A stretch of 64,000 nucleotides of DNA from Lingula anatina. Lineage: Eukaryota > Animalia > Brachiopoda. A model generated the notes under the pieces. It did no database searches. It saw only the letters and a list, made by a program, of their open reading frames with translations, and was not told the DNA's origin. Position numbers and translations under genes: made by a program. The stretch covers positions 30,070,001 to 30,134,000 of the forward strand of contig CM120642.1 in assembly GCA_051362555.1 (NCBI GenBank), given 5' to 3'. This document shows, piece by piece, positions 35,151-48,400 of this stretch. Within the stretch, counting starts at the first letter, position 1. The number at the start of each line of letters is the position of its first letter.

Positions 35151-36260
35151 TCATAATGTCATGGCAAAAATACCTCCAACAAGAAACGGCAAGAACCCGA
35201 CGACATGTTGAGAAGCACCGAGTCCTAAGGCCGCGGCGGCGTTCACGTCTGTGACGGAAGCTACATTGGCCTTCCCTGCAACGGACATATGTAATGATCA
35301 GGCGTGTTATTCATACAAAAAACATGCTATTGCTCCTAAATAATACTGCTAAAAACGTTTAACTCAAGATAACAACAGGGTCAAATAGAGAAACAGCACC
35401 GAATCCTGGTCAAAAATGGACCATGGATCAACAAGGATATTTATGGAAGACTGTCAGAAAATATCTCAGGATCGGTCACTGCCTACCTTGGTTCCGTCTA
35501 ACTCTGGCCGTGGTCAGCTCCCGGGTGGCCATTCTGGGGTCCACCTCTGGGCAGTAAGACCCTGTCGTTTCTTTACATTCTTTGTATTTGGCCTTGTATT
35601 CTTTGCCACTGGCCAAGATCAGGGTATTGAGCGAGGTTTGACTCAGTGACTGACAGGTGTTATACACCTTGTTAAGGCACTCGACTGTGAGTTCGTAGGC
35701 CCTGAAATTCAAATTAAAAAGGAAAATCAATTTCTTAAAATTATTATAAAATGTGGTATTGAAAGAAAATGTTTTGGTTGAAATTTGAATACACCGGCAA
35801 GATTCGGGGAATAAACGGAATATCCCCAACCCCGATGCACTTGCTGACTGTGGTGAGGCTAATTTTGCCAGAGAAGGGCCGACTTATATATCATTGAAAC
35901 AGACCTTCTATAAATAAGAAGCTGTCAACCAGAGGTATGAAATGTATAACGTAACAGGATAACATCGCGGTCGTGACGAGAACTAACTTGGAAACGGGCC
36001 CCGTGTGAAAGGCTCTAGGACAGACCACTCAGATTGCATACTTTGTTTTAATTTTTTTAGGAGAGTTAGCCAACATCCAGGGAGATTGGTTTTGATTGGA
36101 TTTGAATACCATGGTCTCAAACACAAGATTTATCGTTGATAAAAAAGAGTTTTTTATCCCATAATCTATAACCATGGACCAAAAAGGATTTTGTGTGGGA
36201 TCGCTTGGCACTGCAATGATTTGTTTGCAGTCTTGAGGGTCTTGACCGTAAGCGTCCTTC

Positions 36261-36297
<37 letters not shown>

Positions 36298-36458
36298 CAC
36301 CTGCAGCTGCAAGGGTGCTTCTCCTCCACTACGGTTCCTAGGACCAGGTGCGCTGTCGTGGTGATATTTAAGTGGAGACGGCGACACTGGACGACGTCGC
36401 AATCACTAGGGAGGCAGGAAGACACGTGAAACACTGAGAAGAGAAAGATATAAATCAC

Positions 36459-36531
<73 letters not shown>

Positions 36532-36615
36532 TCCAGAATAATTACGGAAAACTAATTGTTTACTAAATAATTGTTTTGCCGAAGACCTTTTATCCATAAG
36601 AGAAAAGCTAATAAC

Positions 36616-36656
<41 letters not shown>

Positions 36657-39600
36657 CACTTTTGCTCTAATGAAGATAGATGGAATGACAATAGAATTAA
36701 TTCAAGATGACGCCATGTTAATCTGAAATGAGCCGCAACTCAACAAATTTGTATTCGGCGAAGCTAAACCGACCAACTTGTCAGAAAAATCAATCGACGC
36801 AGTTTATCCATTCCTGTCAACTCATTGGCGGTCGTGTTTGTTTAATATTTCCTTATCCATTTAAGGTTTGATAATTACTACAAGAACTTAAAGAATAAGA
36901 ATGAAGAAAACTGAATTAAACGAAAATCCGTTGCAGTGCAATATGGTAATTCCTGTGTTACTCAATATATACATTCCACCAAATCATAATTAACGTAAAC
37001 CCCAGCGCTGAGTCGCTGTTATTGTTAGAGGGTTCTTTGGTTTAATATGTCCAATTCTTCCCAAACCCTCCCCCCTAAACTTCCTATGCAAATGCACAGA
37101 AAGAAGAGAGCAGGTGCGTTATTACACGTAAAAACTTATCGCCAGTGCGTAGAATTACGCCACGACCCCCCCTCCCGACCCCAACAGGACAGCACTCCAA
37201 GCACTTCACGACTGAAGTAATAAGGCTGATGTTTGCAATGCATGTCAAGAATCCTAACTTGAATAGTATTCTCTGTATTTACAAAAGGGTGGGCAGTTCC
37301 TCATTCCAGTAAGGCTTATTTCCACATCAATAAAATGACTTGGATAGAAATAATGAACATGGCGTGCTCGCACAAGCAAATTCCCAGACAGGCATTCACA
37401 TCTAAATCGTCCTGGCGCTAAATCTATCACAAAATTTCTAAATTTAAAGCTGTGGGGATCAAAACCCTAGACGAATTACCGTAACTCATCCCTGGACTTG
37501 ACAACCAATTTGAATTTGATACTCAGACGAGCAATGGTTGTGGCGGCATCGGGTAGATGGGCATAGGATAACCACAACATTAAATCACCAGGTTTATCCC
37601 AATACCTATAAAAGTTCTGTGTCATTGCCCCACGGAATCTAATCCGTAATTGTGTTGAATTACGGTGCTATACATTTGTCGTCAGGAAGTGATTAAACGC
37701 CGCAGTAAACTATAGTTACGAGCAAACTTGACCAGTCACTATATAGCTACTGTTGAAGTCAAAGTGGTTGTTTTAGCAGTTCTATACGCAGGCCCCTACA
37801 TCCCACATGACTACGATAACGAGTTCTTTGTCATTAATATTCTATTTTACTTTAAAACTTTTAAATGTTAGATCAACAAATATTAACACCTTGTGTGTAT
37901 ATACTTCTTCACTGACAAAAAACGGCAGTATTTTCATATTATTAACATTGCATGTAAGAATTATCCTGAAACAAGCAAACAAACAAGCAGAAAAGATTAA
38001 AAGAGTTAAAACCAGATTTTGCAATTTTACTGTTTTAAGCAGTGGCGCTGCGCGATCGATTTTTGTGAGACGCTATTGCTGAATGGTCAATACATATATT
38101 ATTATTATTAAAGGTTTTGCTGTGCTACTGCAGTGAAATAGTAACAGCAGCCCTGTGGTTCAAAAAGCATGCGAGATTCGATTTTAACCTTGAGTCTCGG
38201 ATTCACTTCCAGCAAACTCGGTTGGAATGGCAATGTTTTCGCGTGGGATGTCTTAAAAAGTGTGTACTTCACAGTCTTTTTGCCCCCAAATTATACTACC
38301 GAGTTCATTGCCCGTTTGATTTAATTATTGCCCAGCTGAGTTAGAGCATATTGTCTACACATATAAGTTTAAAAAGAAACAATGCTAACAGTGGTAAGCA
38401 ATTCGAAATCCCAAAAGACAGAAAGATAAATATGGTGCTGATTAACTTTTTCTGTAATAATTGTATGTCAAAATGCCAGTTATACAAAAAAGCATTTCCT
38501 TTCTTCCTTTGAATATTATCAATATTAGAAATAGGGACCGACATTTAAATGTATTTTCAAAAACCACACTGGATAAAAATGATCGTTTAAGATTTCATGG
38601 TTTAATATTTTCACAGGCAAGTTACGTAACATCGTAGGCTAACAGCCTCCCCTTGAAAGGAATTGGCTTTCACGGAATAACTCATTTTGGGTTTTTATAT
38701 GTTTGTGTATGTGCGGTGGGAACGAGGGCGAGGGAAGGAGGCAACGAGAGGATAAGTTATATTGATAATGATACACATCATATTTTAACTTATAATATTC
38801 ATAATAATAAAGAATACACACTATAATATGATAAATATCATATTATAATTTATACTCTTTATTCTTATAAATATTGTGTATATAGTATTGCGGTGCTATA
38901 TAAAATGGCAGCAAAAGGTCACCAACCCCATTGCACTCGCTGTATCCCAAATGTGACTGCATTTGAAGTGTACAGTGCATGTTGGCGCTCATTGCAAAGA
39001 TGTGTCACTGATGCGTGCTCCTGTTAGTATATTAATAACTATATTTGAACATCCTACATGGGTGGCAAGCGTCTCTAACTAACTTCCATTCAATTTGTTC
39101 ACGGTGAAGCCAAATTGGGCAACAAAATAATAAAAGGCCCGTTTTCCTAACTCTATCTGACATGTGGAAATTATTACTCTTTGCTCTTTTACAGTCCAAC
39201 AAAGTGAATTATCAAATATTCCCTTTAAATTTTGCCACTGTCCTCGAATTCAGGTATTGATTGGTAAAAATGAGGTAGTTAATTCCAGTAACCAGAGAAT
39301 CAGTTGTATGAGGTGATTGATGTCGGTGCCAAGGCAGGGTTCTCATCTCGTATATCATAGCAAATCCTTCGTCGTTGTCAGTGCAGTTATGCAACGTACA
39401 TCTCACGAAATGCGCATTGACAGGTTTATTCCAATCGATGCGGACTTTAAAATGTTTAGATAGTGATGAAACTACCGCCTCCATCGTGGTATCATATCTG
39501 ATTTTTATGCTAAATTTGCTTTGTATTCTATCTACGGAAATGTCGACACTTTAGCTACAGTGTGGATTTTTTTCTTTGTATTAGACAATTTGGTATTTCA

Positions 39601-40229
39601 ATAGCAATCTGCTAAGTTATGCATTGGTTTTGATTGCATTGAGTACTTTCATTATTGATTCAGGTTTCTATCTCATTACGAGTGTCTCTCCGTCGCAAAA
39701 CACTTTTATGTACAAAATTACTTACCATACAAAATTTATTTAAGTAGAGCACATAGAGGACCCTGCTTTTTCGTCTAATTGATTTTTAAATCCGGTCGAT
39801 TATTTATATCTCTTATCAGTAATGTTTGGTTTGGTACAGATAGAAATCAGAATCGAAATGAAGGCAAATGGAATCGAGTGCGTAGGTGCGTAGTTCCAGA
39901 ATCCTCCGTCTGAGTATTTCTGTTGTCACGTAAGTGCTTCAGTCATACTCCCTGCTTTTACTTATGAAATTTAATGTATGAATAATAGAAATAAGTGCAG
40001 TTGATGAAAACATTTTCTTCTATTCCTTCCCTAGTCCTGAGAAGGGGGAATGTTTTTGTGCACACTATAAGTGAATGTTGTGTTGTTTAAAAAGTGGTTT
40101 TCATAAAGGGTTTTATTATTTTCATGAAGCACTAAACTTACAGAAATGAACAGTGAATTTGTATATTAACCAGTATGGAAGACCTAATCATCACAGAGTT
40201 TCCTCTCCCCCGGGTACCGCACCTCCAAC

Positions 40230-40280
<51 letters not shown>

Positions 40281-43200
40281 GCACGTATAGACACACTCTA
40301 TTATTCAGACATAGAAGGGACTGCTGGCAAATTTTAATTCTATGAACAGACCACGCCTAGAGAAGATATGCAAATCATCCACAATTCCTCTGGCTGAACC
40401 TAAAGGACAAAACAATTACAAAGCGCCTGATCCTTTCGGTGTCCTTTCATGTGGTAGGTACGCCATAATGGCTTATTACTTAACTTTCGACGATGCTCAG
40501 TGAACAGAGAGCAAATAAATGTGTTTGAGTTAAGATACCACGCGACTCTGTTATTGAAATTGATAGTCGGTATGTAATCAAGCGTTCACCCAATGATCAA
40601 TAAACCTGCATTTGACATAAATGGAATGCGAGTTGAGCATAGGAATGATGAGTTATTCTGGTCCTTCATTCTAATATGTGTGAACTGCAAACGATAAAGA
40701 CGAACTAACAAAAAAATGTTCTGATTATTCTAAAAATTCTTTGAGTTGCCATCCGACTGATTTTATTTGCATTACATGTTGTGCAGTTGTCAAGAATGTA
40801 TACGTAATATGTACATGTTGATGCTTCCATACGAGCTGCTGTTTTCATTACAAGAGCACTGGCAACTGCATTACAAGAGCACTGGCAACCGACTAAGAAA
40901 CACTTATCTCCATATCAATCATAAAGAGAAAAAGACGATATATGAACTAAGTGGCATCATTACTTTAGGCGGATGTAGACAGAGACAAGATCTGCATTTA
41001 GATGTACAGAGTTGGTTACAACATATAATAATAAACAGAACAAAAGCGCCCTTCACAAAATGTAAGTGAACGGCCTTGAATAGCCGACTTCTCTTCTGGA
41101 GAAAATCACAGTTTTTATAGATTTGAAGTTTCCCCTGTGATACAGAGTCCGGTTCCCTTTTATTTGTACAGGTAGGTCATCTCCAACTTACGTCACGCTA
41201 ACCCTAACCTGTTTGAATCCAATAGAAGACGGATTTTCCAATAGGCCTACACGGCCCCTTTGTTTCATCACACCGCATTTTACACCGTAGGTAACGGCTC
41301 GGGTGTTGACGGTCAGCCGCCGTGAATGTGTTTGGTGACTGTTTGCGAGTTGTCGCAGTTCACTTCTCGGTTATTTGAAGGATATACCCTGCACACCGCA
41401 GCTGCGAAACTCCACTGAGAAAACGTGCAGCGAGTTGAACCAGTTTGCTCTCATATGGCGTCCATGTGAGAAATCGTCACCGGGTGTTGATTTTATTTAA
41501 AATTTTTTTTTTGTCAAACTTTCGGCTTTCAGTTCGCGCTTCTTGACAAAATGGTTACGTGTTTACTGTAAAAATTGTGAAAACTTACCCTACGGATTCT
41601 ATTGTCATTCTACCATGCTCTGTTTGTAAATGTACCTTTGTAGAGGAGCAAGTCGACAAAAGCAGTAGGGCTAAAACCATTTTCTTGGGCTGATTTTTAC
41701 AATTTTGTAAAAGCATTGTTGTTTTCGCGTGCTTTCCTCAACTTCAAATAGAATATAACACGCACGACCAAATTGTTTCTACTGGCAAGTGGCTCAGGCA
41801 TTCAATATCCTTTTCCGTAATTAGATTCGATTATACGCTTCTGCTCTTGCAAGTACGCGAGCTAATTGGTAAATTCATCAGAATAAATCTAACGCGTTAA
41901 GGATTAGAATGCCAAGTCCTATTACCGAGATTACTCCAGGATACGATAATCAGCTTCAGCTTATTCATTATGTCATCGCTTTGTTTGGCACAATTCCATC
42001 CATTCAGAAACAGCTAGCCTATCAAATGAAAATTATTGGTTAGTATAATTTTGGTTTATGAGAATATGGTTTACTAGCAGGTTTACCCACCCCAGAAGCA
42101 TGTTAGGGTGTACTTGGTGCAAAACCTCAATGGTCAAAATATGTATGTATGAAATGATTCTATCAACGTTTTCCCAAGCGCTGGCCGGAATATCAAAGTG
42201 GAAGTTGGATGAGAAAGGAAACCAAACGCACTAAATGGACATACTTGTTTAGGGATATGATGAGAAAGAAGGATGCAAGCTCAAAATAGACCACGCCATA
42301 TGGCGTTACAACAAGCTAACTGCACTATGTAATTGAAATAACGTCGGCGTCATTCCACAAAAAATGACTCTTTGAGACACGCAAGTAACACAAACATTTT
42401 GTGCAATGTTTGCATAATTCTGATTTCCCCCATTATTTTAGCAATCTCATACTTAATAACCCTCAAATGTGGAAACAGATTTACAGTAATTAAAAAATAG
42501 TGTAAAACAGTTGTGCAAATTTAACACAACAAACTCAGAGAGTAGGCCCCCTAACATTTTTTGTAAAACGACCAGTCGATTCATTATATTTTCTAGGGTA
42601 CTTCTGATTGTATGCGTGACCCGACATCCTTACCGTGCCCGTTTTCATCTTGCTTAAGATACGGCTCCCGTGAGGAATAAAACAAAGCAATTACAGACCC
42701 GTTTCTGAGGCCATTAGAAATATGTATCGATCATTTAAAATAAACGATTCTGACTTTCTTCGTAGGGTTTAGGTCCTGTGTGGTGCGTATCCAGCTCGAT
42801 TGGTTTTGTATTTGGCTATCCCATATATAATATATAATAAATCTTTTCCTTCAGCTTCTGGGTTAACAGATCGTTCGGTAAATAGAAGTTTATGGACTGT
42901 GTTGCATACAGGGAAAGCATAAAAAAAAAACATCCCAAATCCAGGATGGATCTTGAGGGCGGTGAGATGTATTAGTAAATAGAATTACCGAGAGCATACA
43001 GAAAAGTCCCGGATTCCAATCAGTCTAATACCGACTTGTAATGTATTTATTCATATTCCATTAGTGAGACGAAACACTGGCAGAAATGAGAAAATAAAGG
43101 ACTAGCGTCCTTGAAATACATTCAGTCTATAGCGTACTAATTTGCTGGAAACAAAGTTTAAGTGACAGACCATATAGCAATGTACCCAAGTGCGTTTGTA

Positions 43201-44302
43201 TAACTTGTGTTCTTTCTATCCTTCAAAAAATATAAAAGTGGAGTCATTAAAATCTGGTTCAAATACGTTTGATGTTTAATGTTTTGTTTGTTTATATCGC
43301 CTCTTCAATTATTCGATAGACTATACACGTGTATATTAGCTGGCAGTGAGAAGCAAGGGTGGTAGATACAATATTTGACTATGTAACTCTTGTGACACAG
43401 TAGCAAAAACCTAGCATGATCTCTATGGTACTATCCTTATTTAGCGTTCTGCTGAAATCAAGGCACGCCAAAGAGCTTTCCGTGTTAATTGACGATGACT
43501 TCTTTGGTTAGAACATTGGAATAGCATTTTGGATAAAGCCATTTAAAAAGCGCACGAAGTTTAAAGAAACTAATGGACAAGCGTTCTTGTGGTATTTCAA
43601 GTAAGATAGAAAAAATAATTGTTGCTTATTTATGAAGTTAAATGTAAGCACTATGTAGAAAATCCCAAGTTATGGGTTTGAATGTAAAATTGATAAAATA
43701 CTTTTGGGATGCAACAGACAATAGGCGCATAAATGTTTACATACATCTGCTCTGCCTTTGGCCTTTTTTTGTATAATTTGCCGTGGCATTTCAATTGCAC
43801 ACGAAATGCTCTGTAACTAAGATAAAGGTACCGTTATATCACACCGGTGATTTTCAGCACACATCTGGGCTTTCGTTTTACTGTGAAAGTAATGGGCATC
43901 TGTATTTGTTGATTACAGCGTCAATCGTACTCAATTTTCCTGGAAATATACTACTGTTTATCCTGTCTCATATTTGTGCCGCTAATATTTCCCAACGTTG
44001 AATGAACATTGTGTAATATTTAGGTGCGAAAAGTACAATCAAAGATGATCATATTCCCGCCGGCAATTTTTCTTTAATTTATCGACTGTCAATCTAAGAT
44101 CCAAACTAAAAACTACGTTTAACTTCATCCGGCTGGGTCCTAGTGAAAGATAACATGTATGCCTGGACACAAAGGCGCCATTACTGGTATAATGCAAATT
44201 GTACGCCTTTGGACATTGACAGAGGCTATTCAAAAAATAAAAATAGACTAAAGACGACAAAAAACTCTATTGTTGCCCCTTGGATATTTACAAAGCATAT
44301 GC

Positions 44303-44346
<44 letters not shown>

Positions 44347-45061
44347 CTAGGAAATAGAAAAACGGCACAAAGCATGTCAAAGATTCCGCGGTGCTGTGGA
44401 ACTGGAGGCATAAAGTAATTACAAGTTTAACTGATGGAACTATTCTTTAATACTGCCAGGACAAGACGCCAGCAGGTATTCCAGCAGAACCTGCCAACAG
44501 CTGTGTCTCTGTTAAACTGTTGGTCAATCTCAATCCTTTGCCAATTTCTATATTTCTTAACAGTTCGTTTACCAATCGGTCATTATTAGGTGAACTGTCA
44601 TTCACTCCCGGGCAATTGACAACACTTCAATTAATCTCTCTCGCTCCCTGTAATTCTTGGTTACTATCCAATCTCCTTATATAAAATAAATATCGCAAGG
44701 CACGATCTTGTCCAGTTGTCAGTAGAAGAAACTCATTTTTCAAACAATTCTCAGCCCCTCGAGTCAACGAACATTGTACGCGGAGGACTACTGTTTACAA
44801 ATCTACGAAGGAATGCCCCGTGTGATATCTTATTTAGAGTGCCGGCAGGCAAAATTAACCTTCCAATATCGGAAACAAACAGCACAAATACCGTTGTCAA
44901 TACTGTGTATTGTCTACAAGGTCTCTCGTCTCTACTCGTTGAAACAATGACATTTATCCGTAAACCTAATTTAACACAGAGGCCCAATATGCTTGTATAA
45001 ACTTACCTGTGACAATCAGAAATCCCAGTAATCGCGTAATTCGCCGTGAAAAGTCGCTCAT
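35151..45061 (-). CDS. Secreted, GPI-anchored cysteine-rich protein, RGM N-terminal/neuritin-like, 175 aa, 4 coding exons
   Basis: Exons 45061-45007, 36433-36301, 35701-35487, 35275-35151 with donors GTAAGT, GTGAGT, GTAGGC, phases 1/2/1, 528 nt. Protein: MSDFSRRITRLLGFLIVTVFHVSSCLPSDCDVVQCRRLHLNITTTAHLVLGTVVEEKHPCSCRAYELTVECLNKVYNTCQSLSQTSLNTLILASGKEYKAKYKECKETTGSYCPEVDPRMATRELTTARVRRNQGKANVASVTDVNAAAALGLGASQHVVGFLPFLVGGIFAMTL*. Exon 1 is the least certain (8.6 kb intron). Confidence 0.8.
36462..36527. repeat. (TA)n microsatellite
   Basis: Direct reading; just upstream (on - strand) of the 36433 acceptor. Confidence 0.95.
40233..40279. repeat. (AC)n microsatellite
   Basis: Direct reading. 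Confidence 0.95.
44303..44345. repeat. (AAT)n microsatellite
   Basis: Direct reading. Confidence 0.95.
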
Positions 45062-45400
45062 TGTCACAGTCAAACGGCGGAGCAGTTAAGTCGTTCAGCA
45101 CGAATGAACACGGTCAGTGCTCTTTGCAGGCAATCTGCGTCGGTTAAAAAAAAAAAAAAAGCCACGCGGGTCTCCCAGATCCGTGAGTGTAATGCCGACT
45201 TTGACTTGGAGCGCTTTCGATTCGTGCTTGCTGGTTCGTGTATGCAGTGCGTTATCACAGCGGCTCAGCGGCGCAGCTTCTCGCTACTTGAAACCGAAGT
45301 TTGTACAAGAAATGAGGTAATTTGTCCGAGTCGCCGGGGAAATAATAGACTTTCGTCGGTTGCTAACTCCATTGTACTGAGTAATCAGGGCACGCCGAAT
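45062..45400 (-). promoter_or_regulatory. Probable 5' UTR/promoter region of the GPI-protein gene
   Basis: Locally GC- and CpG-rich stretch directly upstream of the ATG at 45061. Confidence 0.4.
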
Positions 45401-48400
45401 CAATGATATTTCCAGATAGTCGAATATGTTATCTAATTAACACCGTTCTTCCACATATGCTTTTGTTCCCCTGTTGGTGCAGTCCGATTTCGGGCAATTA
45501 TATAGCAGAAAATATTTCCAATTGCTTAAATGGAGAGCACAGTGTATTTCAAAGCTCGCTGGTCTCATGGAAAGTTCACACCTTGACAACAAACAGATGA
45601 TGAATGCGGAGAACACTTTGTAGAACTATGTGGTATACGACCACCGGAAAACGGCATCAATAGTTTCAAAGCAAAGTGGCTTCAGTGAATCACCTGATAT
45701 GTTGAATCAGCCAGACATTGTCCTGGATCATCAAAACAAAAGCAACAGCGTCAATAACACCCATTGGTTCAATTCAAGTCATATTAGAATGTCATTTACA
45801 CACGCCTGGAAGTAAGACAACAATAAACACGGAGATTTTAACTAATGTCTTGTATTCATTGGGCAGTAAGGGCGTTGAGAAATATTGGGATATACAAAAT
45901 GTGTGATATTAGGGGTGAATTGAGGTAATGCTTTATTATTGAAGCGCATGTACATGTGTATTGGGAGGTGAAAACAAAAGCATCCAAAGACTAATTTTCT
46001 TAATTGAAATTCTAAATGTTTTATTGGTAGTTGCATGCCAGGTCAAATGTGAAAGAGGACACAAACTGGTCTCATTATCTGCGATTTACTAAAATCTTGT
46101 TCTTGCTGTTTTCGTGAAACATTTCGTGAAACATTTCATCCCTCACTATGGCATCATGTTGTCAGAATGGCTGCAATATAATATAACATCCTTTCGAAAA
46201 TAATTATTTAGGGAAATCTGAGCAACAACAATTATCGACTTATTACGAGAGATGTGTATTGACAACCTCTCTAGTTTCTGTTATTTCATTTCATATTTCT
46301 TTCTCTGAATGTGCAACTCGTACGGTCACCATTGTCAACCAATTCATGATTCTATATTCAAACAGAACTGATTGCACCATCCAACGTTTTATGGTTTTGA
46401 TGTTGGTCTCTTTACTTCTTCAAAACACAAAATCCGTTTTAACCAGGTGAGGTAAACAAAAATATATCATCTGTAATAGTGTTTGTACCATTATTTATCT
46501 ATATTATTCATATGGAACATATACTATGGTTTGTGATACTCTGTTTCTGTCTTCAGAGGAATTCAGAACATCCTTCTTCTCTTGACTCAAACTTAATGAT
46601 CTGTTACATGCGTACCTTGCACAGGGAGAACCTGGACAACAAAATAGTATTTACCCTTTAAAATGGCTACTTTTGTCTGATTGTGATGTATTAGCGCTGT
46701 CGTTTTAGACATGTCACTGTTTATGAGCGATGCCTCAACGCTTGTTGGCAACAAACGAATGACGAACGGGTACGAACCGGGCAAACTGGTGCCAAACTGG
46801 CGTAAGAAAAAGCCAAAATCGTATGTAATGCGGATAGGAAATTGCCAATACTGATAGAAAAATACGTACACTAGAAAATTTTTAAAAAAATGCCCTGCAG
46901 TCATATTTTGATACTGACAAGCAGCAGACAACTGCGCCCGTGACGTCACAGATGCACGTCCTCCCCGAAACGATCTAATTCTTAGATAGCATGACAAACA
47001 TATTGTGTGCGTCAAAAATCTTTAACTAATAAACTCATCACACAGTCACAAGAATGCCACTCATCATATCCCCAATACAACTGTCTGTCAGATAAATGAA
47101 TTATTTCAAATTTTCAAAGACATGACACTACCACCAGTACGTGGCCTTACGGAAGTCCGACCATTGTACTTTCAATAACATTCTTAATCGAAACGAGAAG
47201 TCAGGGGTTGCCAAAGAAGAGGCTTTTCTCATTCCGTTTCTGTACAGAAGATATGTTATTTGATCAGTTCTAATATCAACACAGTTCCAGGTCCACAGGG
47301 GAGATTATTGATGGCTTGTGAATTCGAAATATCACAAATGATCGATGACCGCTATTAAACATGCATCTCTGTATGCTCCTATGCATTTTGAATTTGAATA
47401 CTGATAAACTAGTAAACCCCTTTACTTCGATTTATTCCAACTGCCCTGTGTTCGCGTTTGTCATATCACTCACATGTAGTGTTGTTTATTAGTTTACATA
47501 TCAAGAAAAGGAAAAAAGAAAATTATATTTTAGCAGTGATGTATATCAAACCTTTGTCAAGGCACGTAAGCAGGAGCACTTATGCACAGTACAAAGCGCA
47601 CTTTACACCAAAAATTACACAAGTATGTGAGACGCCTCCTATCAGTTCGTCTCAGACATGAGCAGACAACCATAGATCTTAACCAAGGCACCGATTTTTC
47701 ATTGTCAAAGCGGATTTGAGTTTAAGCTTTTGTTATTAAAGTGCAAGCGCTGGGGTGCGTGTTTCAATTATAACGTTGTGCAAAAAAAAAAAAAAAAAAA
47801 AAAAAAAGACCTCAAGTGATAAACATTTTACATAGTTTAAACTAATAGACACTTTATAGGCTGGAGTATATAAATTTATAATACTCACAATCCAATGGTT
47901 ATTAATTTAACCTAGGGTTTCCTAACGTATAATTATTTTCAGTCTTATTTTTGTTATTGTTTATCTTATTTAAAAAGAGAATTGACGAATGTTTGGGTGC
48001 GCGCGTGCGTGCGTGGGTGCGCGCTTGTGTGTATTTGATTAAAGAAAACTTACATAATACCGAATAGAGAAAGGGAGAGGAAATTTATGAAGCCATTCTA
48101 AAATACAAAGAGGCGGGAGGAACAAGAAGTCAAAAATAGCCTGGCATTAGGAAGTGCACAAAAGGGGAAAGAGTCGAAGAAATGACAGGACAGCGTTCGT
48201 GTACATTCCAAGCTGGTTTGTGAGAGGTTTCCCTGAGGTTTCCTGGCCTATATTATCAAGTAATGTGTGACATCCATCATTGTGGCTCTGGGATCAAAGT
48301 TTTAAAGAATCGATGAGAGACATGTAATGATTTAACGCTCCAAAGCCGACACTAATCAATTGTATACTTACTGACGCTACGCGCCATGAATTGACAGGTA

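Noticed and set aside
36301-36405. TTAAATA near 36365-36371 as a TATA box with a non-coding first exon, or an acceptor at 36405
   Set aside because: The segment is open and Cys-patterned, and the stronger acceptor at 36433 joins in phase to the signal-peptide exon at 45007-45061.
41589-41608. Alternative first exon MTIESVG with a GTAAGT donor for the GPI gene
   Set aside because: Phase fits only the weaker 36405 acceptor and would remove the signal peptide; no other support.
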